A DNA stretch of 63,934 bases, from NCBI GenBank assembly GCA_020425695.1, contig JAGQRE010000006.1, positions 1 through 63,934 of the forward strand, read 5' to 3'. Positions within the stretch are counted from its first letter, which is position 1. Each line of letters begins with the position of its first letter. The notes beneath the pieces were generated by a model. The model searched no databases, was not told where the DNA came from, and worked only from the letters and a program-made list of their open reading frames with translations. The DNA is from Planctomycetota bacterium (lineage in GTDB: Bacteria; Planctomycetota; UBA8742; UBA2392). A program made the translations under genes and the position numbers. Positions 1-9,691 of this stretch are shown in pieces.

Positions 1-1
1 G

Positions 2-466
2 CTTCATATCCTCAAAAACGGCGGCGCCGCAGGTGTCTTCCCTGAGGGCAGCCGCTCAGAACAACGATTGATGGGTGCGTGGAAGCCCGGTGCCCTGCGT
101 GCGGCGTTCACGGCCAAGGCGACGATCCTGCCTATCAGCTTTGTGACGGCCGGTGAGTTCTGGCCACGGGGGCAGTGGCGACCGCGCTTCTTCAATAAGC
201 ACCACATCAAGATTCACCCGGCGCTGACACACGAAGACTACATGGCGGGGATGCCCGAAGGCATGCGCGAGAAAGAGTGGCAGGAAGTCGTGTCAGAGCG
301 CATTCGCGACATGATCAACCAGCCGATTATTGATCGACTGGAAGAAGGTCGCCGCCACCACGAAGACCTTGCCCGCGCGAATGACCCGCTGGGTACCTGC
401 GCCAATGACCCAATAGCCGAACGCACAAAGAAGTACGAGCAGGCAAACGCCCAACTGATCGCCTGA
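2..466 (+). CDS. PlsC/LPLAT-family acyltransferase, C-terminal part (5' end outside window)
   Basis: The frame is open from the window edge. Codons before the first ATG (68) read LHILKNGGAAGVFPEGSRSEQRL, the FPEG(T/S)R acyltransferase block. The same frame continues into ORF-track 68..466. Confidence 0.6.
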   Translation, partial: LHILKNGGAAGVFPEGSRSEQRLMGAWKPGALRAAFTAKATILPISFVTAGEFWPRGQWRPRFFNKHHIKIHPALTHEDYMAGMPEGMREKEWQEVVSERIRDMINQPIIDRLEEGRRHHEDLARANDPLGTCANDPIAERTKKYEQANAQLIA

Positions 467-494
467 ACTTTCATCTCCCGATCTGCCGATACCG

Positions 495-1844
495 ATGCGG
501 GGGAGCATGGCGCGTCGACGAAAACGAAAGCGTTTCAACTTTGAACTTCGGCTTGGCGCGAAACCGGCGCGTATTGCCGGTGTCGTCTTTGGCGTGTTCA
601 TGGTTGCAGCGACAATCGGTTGCGTCGTCTACACCAGCGTCGCGCCCGAAAACCGTGAAGAAGTCGCCACGCCACCGGAGAGATTTCAACCGGAGCCTCT
701 GGAGCGTCTGGATCGCATCGAAGGCTGGGTCCCCTACTGGGGCGATGAAGCACAAATCGCTGGAGACGCGGCCAAAGCGGGCTTCACGGACCTGCTGTTC
801 TTTCACGGCAGCGTCGACGAAGACGGCTCAGTCAGACTCGAAGACACACGCGGTCTGGCGGCCGGCCTCGCGGCGTCAGGCTCAGCGCGCAGCTGGCTTA
901 CCGTCACGAACCACGGCGGCTCGATGCAGGGGGCGTTGATTGACAACCCGGACGCCCACACCGACAGCCTGCTGGACGCCTATCACGCCAGCGGCTGCAG
1001 CCACCTGGACCTGGACTACGAAAGTCTGAACGTCGCACAAGCCGCGGCACTTCTTCCGCTGGCCTCGGCTGTCAGCGACAGGCTCCCGTCAGGTGCCCGC
1101 CTTTCATTCACACTGCAGCCGGTCGATGACCAGTTGCGCCCGAACCAGCGCGTTGCCTATCAGAAGTTGCTTGAGTCACCGCACGTCTACACCGTTCGTC
1201 TCATGATGTATGACTACCACTGGCGCGGCAGTCTCCCGGGCGCGCTGTACCCACTGCCGGCCTTTGAGCGACTTCTGAAACTCTGGGCACCCCATGCTCA
1301 CAAGCTGACTATGTGCCTGCCACTATACGGCTATGACTGGGCGCGTCCGGAGGACACGAGCATTCCGAAGGCTGAAGTCGTTACCTTGCGCGACGTCAGA
1401 ACGCTTTCTTCAAAGCCCGGCTTCGACGCGGTCTGGATGACGCAAGAGGGAGAGCTGGCAGCGCGATACCTGGACGGCGTTACCCACATGGTTGCCTTGC
1501 CGTCACACCGCGCGATCCAAGCACGCGTCGAACTCGGGCTGGACTGGGGCGTGCCAGGCGTCAGCTTCTGGCACTTGGGTTGCGCTTCGCCGGGGCCTGT
1601 CGTGCAAGTCTGCGCCAGAGACAGGCTGGCACGCGAAACGATCACCTACGACCGCGCCAATGCCTGGAACGACTGGCTGGAACCGTTCAAACGTCGTGTC
1701 TGCAAAGTGATCACCGGCGATGGCAGTCGCACACTTGAACAGATCGGTGAAGCACACGGCGTGTCGCGGTCAGCCATGTTCCGGTTCAATGAACAGGTCA
1801 CGGACGGCGACCTCAGCGGGCAGACCGTCTTTATCCCGGAATAG
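495..1844 (+). CDS. GH18-like (chitinase/YaaH-like) membrane-anchored protein with LysM-like C-terminus
   Basis: 449-aa ORF with a polybasic N-terminus and one TM helix. It has GWVPYWG and HLDLDYESL (DxDxE-type GH18 block). The C-terminal GDGSRTLEQIGEAHGVSRSAMFRFNEQV looks LysM-like. Confidence 0.5.
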   Translation: MRGSMARRRKRKRFNFELRLGAKPARIAGVVFGVFMVAATIGCVVYTSVAPENREEVATPPERFQPEPLERLDRIEGWVPYWGDEAQIAGDAAKAGFTDLLFFHGSVDEDGSVRLEDTRGLAAGLAASGSARSWLTVTNHGGSMQGALIDNPDAHTDSLLDAYHASGCSHLDLDYESLNVAQAAALLPLASAVSDRLPSGARLSFTLQPVDDQLRPNQRVAYQKLLESPHVYTVRLMMYDYHWRGSLPGALYPLPAFERLLKLWAPHAHKLTMCLPLYGYDWARPEDTSIPKAEVVTLRDVRTLSSKPGFDAVWMTQEGELAARYLDGVTHMVALPSHRAIQARVELGLDWGVPGVSFWHLGCASPGPVVQVCARDRLARETITYDRANAWNDWLEPFKRRVCKVITGDGSRTLEQIGEAHGVSRSAMFRFNEQVTDGDLSGQTVFIPE

Positions 1845-1928
1845 ATCCTCAAGCTAAGTTGCCCGGTTTTGACCCAATTTGAGCGGCTGACCCCTTTAGG
1901 CACGCGCTTCGCGTAATACGCTGTCAGC

Positions 1929-3206
1929 ATGGATCGCGATGAAGCATACAAGTTGCTCGGGTTGTACGTCGGCGCGACGAATGAGCAGATTCAGTCGAAG
2001 TTTGATTCGATGAACGCCGAGCTTCGCGCACAGTTGGCTGCCGGAACTTCTCTAGCCGGAAACGACGTGCAGGCCAAACTCGACCAACTCGGACTGGCTT
2101 ACCACACCGCAATGTCGGACGACAATTCGGCAGCAAGCCTGATTTCACCCGCTACCCGCGTAATTGAGCCGCCGGCCCCACCTGCGCCGGCTAAGGGCAA
2201 GCGTGGATCGTTGGTCGTTCTGTTCATGGCCGTGACGATGGTGCTCATCGCCAGCACGTCGTTTGGCGGGATCTGGTACCTCGACAACCAACGTGACATC
2301 AAACAAGCGAAACGCGAACAGGCCGGCGCCCACGCCGCACAAGATGCCTGGGAGAAGTATCGAGCCGCACAAGGGCTTCCGCAAACAACCGACGGGCTTC
2401 GAGCCGACGAAGCACTGGCGTTGGCTGAGCGTACCTTGGACGAGGGCTATGCCGAGGAGGCCGGCGAGGATTTCAAAACGGTGCAGGAGTTATACATCAC
2501 GACCCTGAAGGCCGAGAATGCGCGCCTCGCAACAGCCTGGGACACTGAAGTCGTGACGATCTGGAAACAACGTCTGAAAGACCGGTTCCCATTCAACCGC
2601 GACTCGGAGACTGATGTCGACATGGGCGACGTGAACGCACTGTTTCAGCCGCGCAATGGCGCAGTCTGGCGAATCAGCGCGAGCTACGACGCCTTGGGCG
2701 ACATCACGATCATGGATCGGCAGTACGCGACCGTGCCTGCCAAGTTGCGCGAGACTGTTGAATCGGCGAAAGTCATCCGTGACGCCCTCTACGCTGAAGA
2801 CGCCACAACCGTGGATGTTCCGTTTTCGATCAAGCTTATTGGTAAAATCCCGTTGCTCGTGATCGAGCTGGATACCGGTGGCGCCACTGTTTCGACCCGG
2901 GACGAGAACTTCACGCTGGCACGCTGGACGCTGAAACAATCTGGCGCGCGTCTGGCGCCCAAGAAAGTTGGAGACCGTCCAAGCAAGCAGCCCGAGATCG
3001 ACTTCAGCGAAAGCTCATGGGGACTACTACACCTGCTGAGCTACGGCGACTACAAAGGTGAAGTCGATGGCTCGCACTTGTGGAATTTCGAAGTCACCGG
3101 CGAAGGCACCCGCGGTCGCACGCTGGAGGGCGACGTCCGAATCCAGTTGCTGGGCAAGAACAACCCGTTCGACTTCGCGACGTATTCGGGATTCAGTGCC
3201 GAATAG
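1929..3206 (+). CDS. Membrane protein with degenerate J-like N-terminus and TssM/IcmF-related C-terminal region
   Basis: The N-terminus EAYKLLGLYVGATNEQIQSKF resembles a J-domain helix but has no HPD. There is one TM helix (LVVLFMAVTMVLIASTSFGGIWYL). RFPFNRDSETDVDMGDVNALFQPRNGAVW resembles the RYPF...DF..lF block of ImcF-related domains. Confidence 0.45.
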   Translation: MDRDEAYKLLGLYVGATNEQIQSKFDSMNAELRAQLAAGTSLAGNDVQAKLDQLGLAYHTAMSDDNSAASLISPATRVIEPPAPPAPAKGKRGSLVVLFMAVTMVLIASTSFGGIWYLDNQRDIKQAKREQAGAHAAQDAWEKYRAAQGLPQTTDGLRADEALALAERTLDEGYAEEAGEDFKTVQELYITTLKAENARLATAWDTEVVTIWKQRLKDRFPFNRDSETDVDMGDVNALFQPRNGAVWRISASYDALGDITIMDRQYATVPAKLRETVESAKVIRDALYAEDATTVDVPFSIKLIGKIPLLVIELDTGGATVSTRDENFTLARWTLKQSGARLAPKKVGDRPSKQPEIDFSESSWGLLHLLSYGDYKGEVDGSHLWNFEVTGEGTRGRTLEGDVRIQLLGKNNPFDFATYSGFSAE

Positions 3207-3503
3207 TCAGTCCCGGCTGCCGGTCTCTTCGTCGAGTCTGAGTTCGCCACTGTCGTCAGTCACGTGATCGTGGATATCCGACAGTTCCTGCCGCTCGGCC
3301 TCGTTGGGCTTCTTGTCGGTCGCGGACGGCAATCCGCCCTCTTGTTCACCCACCAGTTCCGCGGCACTCAGGTAGCGCCCGGTCTCAAGGTCAAGCAGAC
3401 GGGCCTGCAACGGAATCTCAGCCGAGGTGATGGCCTTCAGTATCGAACTCTTCTTGAAGGGGCCTTTCAGCCCCTGCTTGGTGAGGACCTTGAAGCCGAT
3501 CAT
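3207..3503 (-). CDS. Small protein, tandem paralog 1 (conserved ~55-aa N-domain, acidic tail)
   Basis: MIGFKVLTKQGLKGPFKKSSILKAITSAEIPLQARLLDLETGRYLSAAELVGEQ is near-identical in pattern to the N-terminus of 3563..3955. Confidence 0.6.
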   Translation of the reverse strand: MIGFKVLTKQGLKGPFKKSSILKAITSAEIPLQARLLDLETGRYLSAAELVGEQEGGLPSATDKKPNEAERQELSDIHDHVTDDSGELRLDEETGSRD

Positions 3504-3562
3504 GGGGCAAACTCCGGGGCAACCAGGGAAGCTATAAGCTTAGAGGATTGCCCCTGACTCAA

Positions 3563-3955
3563 TCAAGCGGCCGGGTGCGTAAGCTCAAGCTCATCGTCCG
3601 CGCTCGCGCGAAGCTTCCGCGGCTTGGGCAAACGCGCGCGCTTGAGGGGGATCTTGCCTTGAAGAATGACGCGGGGCGTTTCAACGACTTCCGGCTTCAC
3701 TTCTTCCTCAAGCTTGAGCTCGCTTTCTGACCGCTTCGCCTCTGGCTTCTTGGCGGTCTTCGGCTGGGCATGTGTGCCCTGCTGCGGGTCAATCTGCTCG
3801 CCGACCAGTTCAGCGGCGAAAATGTAGCGCCCCGTCGAGAGATCAAGCAGGCGGGCCTGCAGCGGTACCATCGCGCTCGTGATGGCCTTCACGATTGAGC
3901 TTTTCTTGAAGGGGCCCTTGAGCCCGTCTTTGGAGAGAACTTTGTAACCGATCAT
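3563..3955 (-). CDS. Small protein, tandem paralog 2 (same N-domain, longer charged tail)
   Basis: MIGYKVLSKDGLKGPFKKSSIVKAITSAMVPLQARLLDLSTGRYIFAAELVGEQ; the tail is Lys/Glu-rich. Confidence 0.6.
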   Translation of the reverse strand: MIGYKVLSKDGLKGPFKKSSIVKAITSAMVPLQARLLDLSTGRYIFAAELVGEQIDPQQGTHAQPKTAKKPEAKRSESELKLEEEVKPEVVETPRVILQGKIPLKRARLPKPRKLRASADDELELTHPAA

Positions 3956-4178
3956 GGAGAACTCCTGTTGGTGATAAGACCAAGGTACAACACGCTACGC
4001 GGATGCGCGCATACCAACTACCATCTCACACCTCATACTATTGCGTATCGGGAATAGCGAATCCGCAGCCACGAAATCCGCAGGACAGCCGGCTACTGCT
4101 CACCCGCGTCTCGCCTGGTCTTTGTTAAGTCTCTACTCAGCGCTTTCCCGCGCCTACGTCGGGGCTAGACTCTGCGCC

Positions 4179-5663
4179 ATGAGTTTCACGAAACGAACGA
4201 TCCGCGGCCAGCCGCTACGCACGAAAATCGTGTGTACGCTGGGACCTGCGTCTCGCGATCAGGGCATGATCGAGCGCCTGATTGACGCCGGCATGAGTGT
4301 CGCAAGGCTCAACATGTCGCACGGCACGCACGCGGTGCACCAGGAGACATTCGATGCCGTCCGCGCGGGTGCCGAGGCACGCAATCGCCCGATTGCCGTG
4401 ATGGTCGATCTGTGTGGCCCGAAGATTCGCCTGAGCGAAATCGAAGGCGGCAGCCTTACGCTCGCCACCGGCAGCAGTGTTGACTTTGTGCGTGGCGTCG
4501 CGCCCGGCACAAAGGACGAACTGACTTGCAGCTACGATGGCTTCCTTGATGACGTCGAAGTCGATGAACCTGTGTTCATCAATGACGGGGCCGTACGCTT
4601 AACCGTCGTCAGAAAAGCCACCGACCGCGTCACCTGCAGTGTGGACGTAGGCGGTGTCATCAGCAGCCGCAAAGGCATCAACCTGCCGGGGACGCGAATC
4701 AGCTCACCATCGCTGACGGACAAAGACATCCGCGACCTGGAGTTCGGCGTCGGTTTGGGCGCTGACCTGTTCGCACTGTCGTTCGTTCGCAGCGCAGAAG
4801 AAGTGAAGGATTTGCGTTCAAGGTTGCAGGCGCTGGGTTCAAACGCGCAGATCGTCTCAAAGATCGAGAAGCCGCAGGCGCTGAAAGACCTTGAAGCGAT
4901 TATTGAGGCCAGCGACGCGGTCATGGTCGCCCGCGGCGATCTCGGCATTGAGTTGCCGGTCGAAACGGTCCCGCTGCACCAGAAGCACATTGTGCGTGCA
5001 TGCCACGAGGCACTGAAGCCGGTAATCGTCGCAACGCAGGTTCTCGAAAGCATGATCGAGCACCCGACACCTACACGCGCTGAGGTCAGCGACATAGCCA
5101 ACGCAATCGAAGACGGCTGCGACGCGCTGATGCTTTCCGCCGAGACGGCCGCGGGCAAGTACCCGATTGAAGCTGTCGAAACGATGGCTCGCGTTTGCCG
5201 CGATGTCGAAAAAGTCCTCACGGTTAAGGCCGCACCGGAAGATTTCATCGGGCGTCGTGCCGGTGACGCGCTGCGTAAAGCCATGGTCATTGGCGCTGCG
5301 ATCATCGCAGAGCCGCTGGGCGCGAAGTTCATCGTGGTACGCTCGGAATCCGGCGTAACGGCCCGCTATCTCAGCAAGGTTCGCGGGCACTGCCCGATCC
5401 TGGCAGTGCATCACGAAGCTTCGGTGTTGCGCCGCCACGCCTTGATGTGGGGCGTACTGGCGGTCCAGACAACCGCTGAACACGGAGAGTTGCCGCCGAT
5501 GGAGGACGACCTGCGGCAACTGGCCCGGTCGATACTTGAAGAAGGGCTGGTCAGCATCTCAGACCGGATTGTCGTAATCAGCCGCTACCCATGGGGCGAG
5601 CAGCTCCCGCCGAACAACATACGTACACTGAGAGTCGGCGATGCGCTGGGGGCTCTGCCCTAG
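4179..5663 (+). CDS. pyk: Pyruvate kinase
   Basis: Blocks TKIVCTLGPAS, MSVARLNMSHG, KIEKPQAL and MVARGDLGIELP. The start is placed at ATG 4179 (MSFTKR...); the 46 upstream codons of ORF 4041 look non-homologous. Confidence 0.9.
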   Translation: MSFTKRTIRGQPLRTKIVCTLGPASRDQGMIERLIDAGMSVARLNMSHGTHAVHQETFDAVRAGAEARNRPIAVMVDLCGPKIRLSEIEGGSLTLATGSSVDFVRGVAPGTKDELTCSYDGFLDDVEVDEPVFINDGAVRLTVVRKATDRVTCSVDVGGVISSRKGINLPGTRISSPSLTDKDIRDLEFGVGLGADLFALSFVRSAEEVKDLRSRLQALGSNAQIVSKIEKPQALKDLEAIIEASDAVMVARGDLGIELPVETVPLHQKHIVRACHEALKPVIVATQVLESMIEHPTPTRAEVSDIANAIEDGCDALMLSAETAAGKYPIEAVETMARVCRDVEKVLTVKAAPEDFIGRRAGDALRKAMVIGAAIIAEPLGAKFIVVRSESGVTARYLSKVRGHCPILAVHHEASVLRRHALMWGVLAVQTTAEHGELPPMEDDLRQLARSILEEGLVSISDRIVVISRYPWGEQLPPNNIRTLRVGDALGALP

Positions 5664-6688
5664 CCGAACAGGTCAGCCAGGCGGCGGTAGTCCTCCGTGA
5701 CCTTCTTTTCCTTGCCGGTCACGTCGGCCAGCAGTACGGGCTGCACGGCGGTGCCTTGCAGCCCCGCAAGCTTGCCGTGGTCGCCGCTCTGCAGCAGATC
5801 ATAGGCCGCGTCAGACACACGCGTCGCGAGTATGCGGTCGGCCGCGATTGGCGCGGCGCAACGTTGCAGATAGCCGAGCGTCGTGCAGCGGGCGTCATAG
5901 CCGATGCGGTCTTCAATCTCGCGTGCGAGCATAGGCCCGACGCCCCCGAGCTTCGGACGCCCGAGTTTGTCCGTGGCAGATGAACGGGGGTCGATCAAAC
6001 CCTCGCTGTCCACGGCGCCTTCAGCAATCACGATGATGCTGTAGTTGCGGTCATACTTGTCGTGGCGCAGCTTCAGCTTGTCGCACACCTGGTCAAGCGT
6101 GAAGGGGAACTCCGGCATCAGCGCAAGGTCAGCGCCGCCCGCGATGGCGGACTCGACAGCAATCCAGCCAACGTTTCGCCCCATCACTTCGACCACCATT
6201 ACACGATTGTGTGACTCGGCCGTCGTGCGCAGATTGTCCAGCGCGTGGGTGCACATCTCGACGGCTGTCAGGAACCCGATTGTCAGCTCCGTGCCGGCGA
6301 GGTCGTTATCGATAGTCTTCGGAATTCCCACGACCGGGAAACCGGACGCACTGAGCTTCGCGGCCGCTGTCTGGCTGCCGTTGCCGCCGACAACAATCAG
6401 CCCCTCAATGCCGTGTTTGGCAAGCGCCGCCTTGGCCTTGGCTTCGTCACCTTCTTCAAGAAACAGCCTTGAGCGTGACGAACGCAGGATCGTCCCGGCC
6501 GTCTGAACGATGCCCGTGATGTCTTCACGCGTGATCACGCGAACTTCGTCCTTCAGGAGCCCATCCCACGAGTCAAAGATGCCCATCAACTCAACGCCGT
6601 CATAAAAACAGCGCCGGGCAACCGTGCGGATGCATGCGTTGGTGCCGGGCGCGTCTCCGCCGCTGGTGATGATGCCGATTCGTTTCAT
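5660..6688 (-). CDS. pfk: 6-phosphofructokinase
   Basis: Blocks IGIITSGGDAPGTNA, VVGGNGS, IPKTIDNDL and VEVMGRNVGW. Confidence 0.9.
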   Translation of the reverse strand: MKRIGIITSGGDAPGTNACIRTVARRCFYDGVELMGIFDSWDGLLKDEVRVITREDITGIVQTAGTILRSSRSRLFLEEGDEAKAKAALAKHGIEGLIVVGGNGSQTAAAKLSASGFPVVGIPKTIDNDLAGTELTIGFLTAVEMCTHALDNLRTTAESHNRVMVVEVMGRNVGWIAVESAIAGGADLALMPEFPFTLDQVCDKLKLRHDKYDRNYSIIVIAEGAVDSEGLIDPRSSATDKLGRPKLGGVGPMLAREIEDRIGYDARCTTLGYLQRCAAPIAADRILATRVSDAAYDLLQSGDHGKLAGLQGTAVQPVLLADVTGKEKKVTEDYRRLADLFG

Positions 6689-6740
6689 TTGGTCCTGTTA
6701 AACTGGTCCTGCTAAACGAGAGCCTGAAGCACCAACGGAG

Positions 6741-7853
<1,113 letters not shown>

Positions 7854-7909
7854 TTAAACAACGACTCCCGCACAAGGCGGGAGCCGCTGTTTGAGACTCT
7901 GTGCCTGGC

Positions 7910-8500
7910 TTACTTGTGGCTCTTGGCCAGGTACGCGCCTGTGCTTTCAGCGGTCGGCTTGATGGCCTCGGCGCCTTCGTCCCAGTTTGCCGGGCAGACT
8001 TCGCCATGCTGCTTGCTGAACTGGAACGCCTTCACTACGCGAAGGGTTTCCTTGACGCTGCGACCCACATTGAGGGCGTTTACGGTCTGGTGCTGCAACA
8101 CGCCGTCCGGGTCGATCAGGAACAGACCGCGCAGTGCCACGCCGCCCTGCTCAAGCAGCACGCCGTAATCGCGGGAGATGTTCTTGGTCAGGTCGGCCAG
8201 CAGCGGGAACTTCACGCCGCCAAGCCCGCCCTTGTCGAGGGACATGTTGTTCCACGCAAGGTGGCTGAACTTGCTGTCAACGCTGCATGCAATGACTTCG
8301 GTGTTGAGCTTCTTGAATTCCTCGATCGCATCGCTGAATGCGACGATCTCGGTCGGGCAGACGAACGTGAAGTCCAGCGGGTAGAAGAACAGCACAACCC
8401 ACTTGCCCTTGTAGTCGCCAAGCTTGATGTTCGTGAACTCGGTGCCGACAACCGCTTCGCCGGCGAAGTCCGGTGCCGGTGATCCAACCTGAATACCCAT
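7910..8500 (-). CDS. Typical 2-Cys peroxiredoxin (AhpC/Tsa family)
   Basis: FFYPLDFTFVCPTEI carries the peroxidatic Cys and HGEVCPANW the resolving Cys. Confidence 0.9.
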   Translation of the reverse strand: MGIQVGSPAPDFAGEAVVGTEFTNIKLGDYKGKWVVLFFYPLDFTFVCPTEIVAFSDAIEEFKKLNTEVIACSVDSKFSHLAWNNMSLDKGGLGGVKFPLLADLTKNISRDYGVLLEQGGVALRGLFLIDPDGVLQHQTVNALNVGRSVKETLRVVKAFQFSKQHGEVCPANWDEGAEAIKPTAESTGAYLAKSHK

Positions 8501-8739
8501 GTTCTCTTCCTCTCGATTCTGAGTGTTTTGTCCGCTTCAACCGGCGCATGCCGTACTGCCGGCCCTAACGCCGGGGAGGGGAATGATAATCCGTCTCAGT
8601 GGCCCCTCAAGGAACAAATTGGACTGTCTAGGTCCAAAGTTACATAGGCCCGTGACATGCTGTTGTGGCAGACCGCGGGTGGCGCAGCTATCGCCCCGGT
8701 TGTAGGCTCCCGCCCCGAATTCGATACGGAGAGATACAG

Positions 8740-9210
8740 ATGGCCATTGAACGCACACTGATCCTGATCAAGCCTGACGGCGTGCAGCGCGCGCTGGTCG
8801 GCGAAATCGTCAACCGCTTTGAGCGCACCGGCATGAAAATCGTCGGCATGAAGCTGATGCAGATGACGCCTGAGCTGGCAAGCCAGCATTACAAAGATCA
8901 CGTCGGCAAGGGCTTCTACGACGGGCTGGTCAAATTCATGACCAGCAGCCCGCTAGTGGCTCTCGCCATCGAAGGCCCCAAGGCCGTCGACAACTGCCGC
9001 AAGCTCATGGGCAAGACATTCTGCACGGACGCCGTGGCCGGCACGATTCGAGGCGACTTTGGCATCAGCCGTGGGCTGAACCTGGTGCACGGCAGCGACA
9101 GCCCTGAGAGCGCCCAGCGTGAACTGGGCCTGTTCTTCCAGGCCAACGAGTTGCTTGAGTACTCACGGGCCGTTGACGCCTGGACGCAGAACGACGAAGA
9201 CCGCGGCTAG
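8740..9210 (+). CDS. ndk: Nucleoside diphosphate kinase
   Basis: MAIERTLILIKPDGVQR and NLVHGSDS are present. The start is placed at ATG 8740 inside ORF 8665..9210. Confidence 0.9.
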   Translation: MAIERTLILIKPDGVQRALVGEIVNRFERTGMKIVGMKLMQMTPELASQHYKDHVGKGFYDGLVKFMTSSPLVALAIEGPKAVDNCRKLMGKTFCTDAVAGTIRGDFGISRGLNLVHGSDSPESAQRELGLFFQANELLEYSRAVDAWTQNDEDRG

Positions 9211-9229
9211 AGACACCCGCGAAACCGGT

Positions 9230-9263
9230 GTGAAAGCCCGCAACCCCGGTTGCGGGCTTTCAC
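9230..9263 (+). terminator. Strong hairpin downstream of ndk
   Basis: GTGAAAGCCCGCAAC-cccg-GTTGCGGGCTTTCAC is a perfect 15-bp stem 20 nt after the ndk stop. No clear T-tract follows. Confidence 0.55.
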
Positions 9264-9448
9264 GCATCGTCATCAAAACTAGAATCGTTGAATACCGGCC
9301 ATGAGCGCCGGATGCCACACCAGCCGGAGGCAGTGCTATAGACACGCTCGAAGCCGCACGCATAGCCTATGAGGCATGCCTCTCCAAGAAAGCCACCGAC
9401 GTTCGCCTGCTTGAGGTTACGGGGCTCACCATTGTCGCCGACTACTTT

Positions 9449-9691
9449 GTGATCTGCACCGCCGGGAGCTCAACCCAGGCTCGTGCAATCGCTGACGAAG
9501 CCCGTAAAGCGCTGAAGGAAAAGGCCGGGTTGGCGCCAATTGGCGTTGAAGGCAAAGACGAAGGCTGGTGGGTACTGAGCGATTTCGGCGACGTGATTGT
9601 GCACGTGTTTCAGGAAGACGCCCGCCAGTATTACGCTATCGACCAGACGTGGGCCGACGCCCAAGTCGTTCAGGAATCCGAAGCGGCTTAG
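9449..9691 (+). CDS. rsfS: Ribosome silencing factor RsfS (iojap-like); true start probably upstream
   Basis: DYFVICTAGSSTQARAIADE and GWWVLSDFGDVIVHVFQ are present. RsfS-like sequence continues upstream of GTG 9449, back to about 9341, with no canonical start codon. Confidence 0.8.
   Translation: MICTAGSSTQARAIADEARKALKEKAGLAPIGVEGKDEGWWVLSDFGDVIVHVFQEDARQYYAIDQTWADAQVVQESEAA

Noticed and set aside
1929-3206. Possible type VI secretion locus because of the TssM-like block
   Set aside because: No other T6SS core genes (tssB/C, hcp, vgrG, clpV, tssJ/L) are present in the window, so it is treated as an orphan domain only.
4041-4178. N-terminal extensions of ORF-track entries (4041, 8665, 22019, 27664, 41542, 42349, 51420, 52915, 60392, 33850, 37306)
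   Set aside because: In each case an internal ATG or GTG with a better RBS coincides with the start of family homology. The extensions are Arg/Pro-rich or overlap neighbouring genes.
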